Assembly (NCBI RefSeq): GCF_018977255.1 | Contig: NW_024704745.1 | Span: 12,152,001 to 12,216,000 of the forward strand | Reading direction: 5' to 3' | DNA length: 64,000 bases | Origin: Callorhinchus milii | Taxonomy: Eukaryota | In this document: piece after piece, positions 60,761-64,000 of the stretch | How positions within the stretch are numbered: position 1 is the stretch's first letter | How the letters are laid out: each line of letters opens with the position of its first letter | The notes under the pieces: generated by a model | Told to the model about the DNA's origin: nothing | Database searches by the model: none | The model's input: only the letters and a program-made list of their open reading frames with translations | Translations under genes and position numbers: made by a program

Positions 60761-60917
60761 GGTGGGACACCACAAATCTAAGTTCTTACATTTTTGCCAT
60801 CTTACTGGCTGCACTGCAGTCTCAGAACGCTAGAGTTGCACATGCTGGTACAATTGCCATACTCTTACCAAATACCAAGCGATTTTGGTAGCATCATCAA
60901 CTTCTCAGAGGAGCTGT

Positions 60918-61143
60918 GCATTCAGCTACTACGCCCCGAAATTCTGGAACTCTCTCCCTCAATCCCTCTGCCTTTCCCCCTCCCTCTCCACCTTCAAATC
61001 CTGCCTAAAGACATTCCTTTTTGATCGTGCTTATGGTCACCTCCCCATCTACCCTTGATTTGTTGTCAAACTCCACCACTACGAAGCTCTCTGGGATGCT
61101 ACCCCACATGAAGGGCGCTATATAAATGCAAGTTGTGTTGTTG
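60918..61143 (+). mobile_element. L2 LINE 3' end (TTF2 intron 12)
   Basis: gcattcagctactacgccccgaaattctggaactctctcc...gggcgctatataaatgcaagttgtgttgttgc. Confidence 0.75.
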
Positions 61144-61236
61144 CAATAGCAGGCAATAGTAACAAGCAATGCATTCAGCTTAGCAGTGATTGTGTGAAAA
61201 TTGTGCTCGTAGCTCAGTTGATGTGCTGTTTTATAG

Positions 61237-61436
61237 GACTTGGCTGCTGGAAAGTCTTTTCATTCTCCTCTGCTGAAGGTGACCTGGGCCCGAATCATTT
61301 TGGACGAAGCTCACAACATTAAAAACCCCCATGTGCAGACATCATTGGCAGTGTGCAAACTCCAAGCTGCAGCACGTTGGGCTGTCACAGGGACACCCAT
61401 CCAAAACAACCTACTGGATATGTATTCGCTGCTCAA
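61237..61436 (+). CDS. TTF2: TTF2 exon 13 (DEAH Walker B and motif III)
   Basis: gctgttttatag|GAC...CTCAA|gtaaga; [14 protein letters not shown]...[20 protein letters not shown]. Confidence 0.96.
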
Positions 61437-61639
61437 GTAAGATATACTAATACAGTCTATCCTTCAGAAAAAGTGTGAGATTTTTGAGTGATGTGGACAT
61501 TTCAGACTATTGCAAAGATTTTTTCAATCCCAAATGATCCTTCAACTATGTACCTTGCGCCTTCCTGTTAATTAACAATTTGGTCGGTATTTCTAATCAC
61601 GGGCCACGGTTGTAAACTCTGACGGTCCTGTTGAACCAG

Positions 61640-61793
61640 GTTCCTTCGTTGTTCCCCGTTTGATGAGTTCAAGCTGTGGAAGAATCAAGTGGACAACGGT
61701 ACAAAGAGAGGTGGTGAACGCCTGAATATTATCACCAAAAGCCTTTTGTTGCGCCGATTGAAGAACCAACTTAACTCTAGCGGGGAACCACTG
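61640..61793 (+). CDS. TTF2: TTF2 exon 14
   Basis: ttgaaccag|G...CTG|gtatgt; [39 protein letters not shown]. Confidence 0.95.
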
Positions 61794-62306
61794 GTATGTA
61801 CATTTTTTAAAATGTAAATTGAACTTAATACGTTTTAGGGGGTTTTGAAGTAAAGCTTTATCAAGGCTGTTCTCTTGAGGTTAGCTCTTAAAAAAAAGCA
61901 CTGCCTTTCTAATGAAAAAGTATTCATCAAACACTTCGGTCTATAATTATGACACCTACAACTTTTCTGGCCTTGATGTGTTTATCTAAGAACCGTTAAC
62001 TGCAATGTTGATATTGATCCTGTCAATTCATACCTATGCTGCCTGTGTGGATAATAGTGATGAAACATCACTTCTAGAGCTGCAGTGCTTGATCTGTACG
62101 TAGCTTGTGCAACTTCACTGCTCTATTAAGCCTAATCAATTTCTTGATTATTACTTTGTTATTGGAAATGGTTGTGAGGAAATCCCGATACAAGTCACAC
62201 GATTAGTTTCTGTTCTGTCAGATGTGGAATGAATGTTTATTATAGCATAAATTTCAGACTTGTTAGTTTTATCAAAGTGTTCACGAGCACCTTCCTCTTT
62301 TTTCAG

Positions 62307-62398
62307 GTCTCCTTGCCTCAACGATTTAGCCAGTCTCATAAATTAAAACTGTCGGAAAACGAGCAAGCTGTTTACAATGTCCTGTTTGCTCGTTCCAG
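62307..62398 (+). CDS. TTF2: TTF2 exon 15
   Basis: ctcttttttcag|GTC...CCAG|gtaaaa; VSLPQRFSQSHKLKLSENEQAVYNVLFARS. Confidence 0.94.
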
Positions 62399-63285
62399 GT
62401 AAAAGATATTTGAGGATTTATGTGATTTTTTTGTTGGTGATATTTGTTCACTGCACTTGACAGTAAAATCCTGTGATATGCTTTATAACTTAACGTTTCC
62501 TTGACATGTTATAATCTGTATTAAATGTAAGTATTATTATTTTAAAGGCAGGATACCTTTCCTGCACTAACTCGAATGTGATTGTTTGGATAATCTCTTT
62601 CATTCGAAAGAAGCACTGTTTTAATTTTTAAATATGCTATCTTTTGATAGACAGTGTGTGCCTGTTTAAACAAAGATTGGATAACTCAAGTGGATCAGAT
62701 CTTTACTCGTGTCCAGACAACTCAATCCTAGGTTATCTTCTTGTCACGCTCTATTATCTGAAGAAATTTATATCAATCAGTCAGGGTACCATTTGCCAAT
62801 GAGCCAGTCAGACTCTGGAGAGGGGTAAAAAGGTCCTGGTTGGATCTGTTTGATCACATGTTGAATGATATCAATACATGGAGATTCTCAGAGCTAGAAT
62901 GTTTCATCCTATTGTTTGGTACAGAGCTCCAATAATAATAAACTAGCAGTAGCAGGATATGTTGTGCATTGATACAATCCAAAGCTACTATTGGGGGTAA
63001 GTTAGGTTATGCATTGACATGAAATGCATGTGCAGGAAGCTCACTGAGGGTCCACAGGATACCTGCCTTAGAAGCGAAACAGCCTGAGAATGAAGATTGT
63101 TTTAGTGGAACTGCTCTATCGTACAATTTGTGCAAAGTGAGCTTTCTGTTTCTGAAAAGACCTGTAGGTCCCAGGAAAAGAAGATGGCAGGCGTCTCAAA
63201 ACCTTTTTAGAAAGAAGATTTTTCTGAGATTTCTGTGGAATATTTAGTGGAAAATTTAATTTATTATCTTTCTTTTGGCCCTTAG

Positions 63286-63374
63286 ATCAACTTTGCAGTC
63301 CTATCTAAAGAGACACGAGGGCAAGAATTACAAAACGAGTTCCTCATCAGGTTCTGACAATCCCTTCCACAGAG
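63286..63374 (+). CDS. TTF2: TTF2 exon 16 (gene continues beyond the window)
   Basis: cttttggcccttag|A...AGAG|gtacag; STLQSYLKRHEG...DNPFHR. Confidence 0.93.
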
Positions 63375-64000
63375 GTACAGAAAAACTCTTAAGTTTTCAC
63401 CCTTTCACCGGATTGAGTTTATGGAAAAGTGTTCATTGCTTTTGTTGCGTTTTTTTTAAGATAGATGTTAGCTTTCACTTGTTTGGATTGGGAGGGAATT
63501 AAAAAAAAACTATTTACCCTATCCTATGCTTATATGACCTTCTATAAACCGCGATGATAGGAATGGTCTGAGACCTTGAGTAATTGTCATTTAATTAGAA
63601 ATCTTATTTATTTTTAAATTGAGTGAATTTCTTTTGGCCCAATTGAGGAGATCAGTGCCTCACTTCTAACCATCAATACCGTCGCCAAACATGCTCAGGT
63701 TGTATGTAGCACAGCATTGAGTCTAAATGTAGAGTTAAAACTCAGCCCTGACAGTTGTACCTCCACCACATTTTTTTAAAATTTCCTGCACAAGCCACCT
63801 GTTTGTTGTCGCTGTGACACTGACAATTGAAGTCAAATTAAATTAACTTTTTGCAGTGGCTGTGTGAGTGGTAGCCACTAGTTTGAAGTTGCCCACTCAA
63901 ATATCGTACAGGATCCTTACACTTGACCAAGGGAGATTGCATCCCGGGTATCTGGACTGAATTCAGACAAAGAAAGACAGAGATAGAGGGACAATCGATT

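Noticed and set aside
61752-61763. RRLK instead of RRTK in the SNF2 motif of exon 14
   Set aside because: RRLK is common in other SNF2-family ATPases, so it is not evidence of inactivation.
62057-62150. Possible intronic C/D snoRNA (GTGATGA box C)
   Set aside because: No CTGA box D or terminal stem at a suitable distance.

Overview
Vertebrate genomic DNA with no prokaryotic features. The repeat content points to a cartilaginous fish, possibly a holocephalan (inference): Deu-domain SINEs, LF-SINE-like copies, L2/CR1 LINE ends and a shark-type Penelope family. Two spliced genes lie on the + strand. (1) The 3' end of IGSF3: three phase-1/1 V-type Ig exons at 11.4, 16.6 and 21.0 kb plus the TM/cytoplasmic exon ending at 23557. 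(2) The first 16 coding exons of TTF2 (SNF2-family ATPase), from ATG 45156 to 63374 and continuing beyond the window. The exons join in one frame, and intron 8 must use a GC donor. The ~150-bp TTF2 promoter (2 reverse CCAAT boxes, 2 TGACGT, CHR TTTGAA) is wedged between a ~3.2-kb G/T-only array that starts at an L2 tail and a ~2.3-kb G-skewed minisatellite that starts about 10 nt after exon 1. The most unusual non-genic structure is a Penelope-like element at 4337-5196. It has long inverted arms, a GIY-YIG C-terminal remnant, a 14-bp target-site duplication and minimal type I hammerhead ribozyme motifs on both strands (one with an intact core). A 238-bp palindromic derivative with a perfect 14-bp TSD lies at 10709-10946. 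Gene and repeat family names come from my recollection of known sequences, not from database searches; repeat boundaries are approximate.
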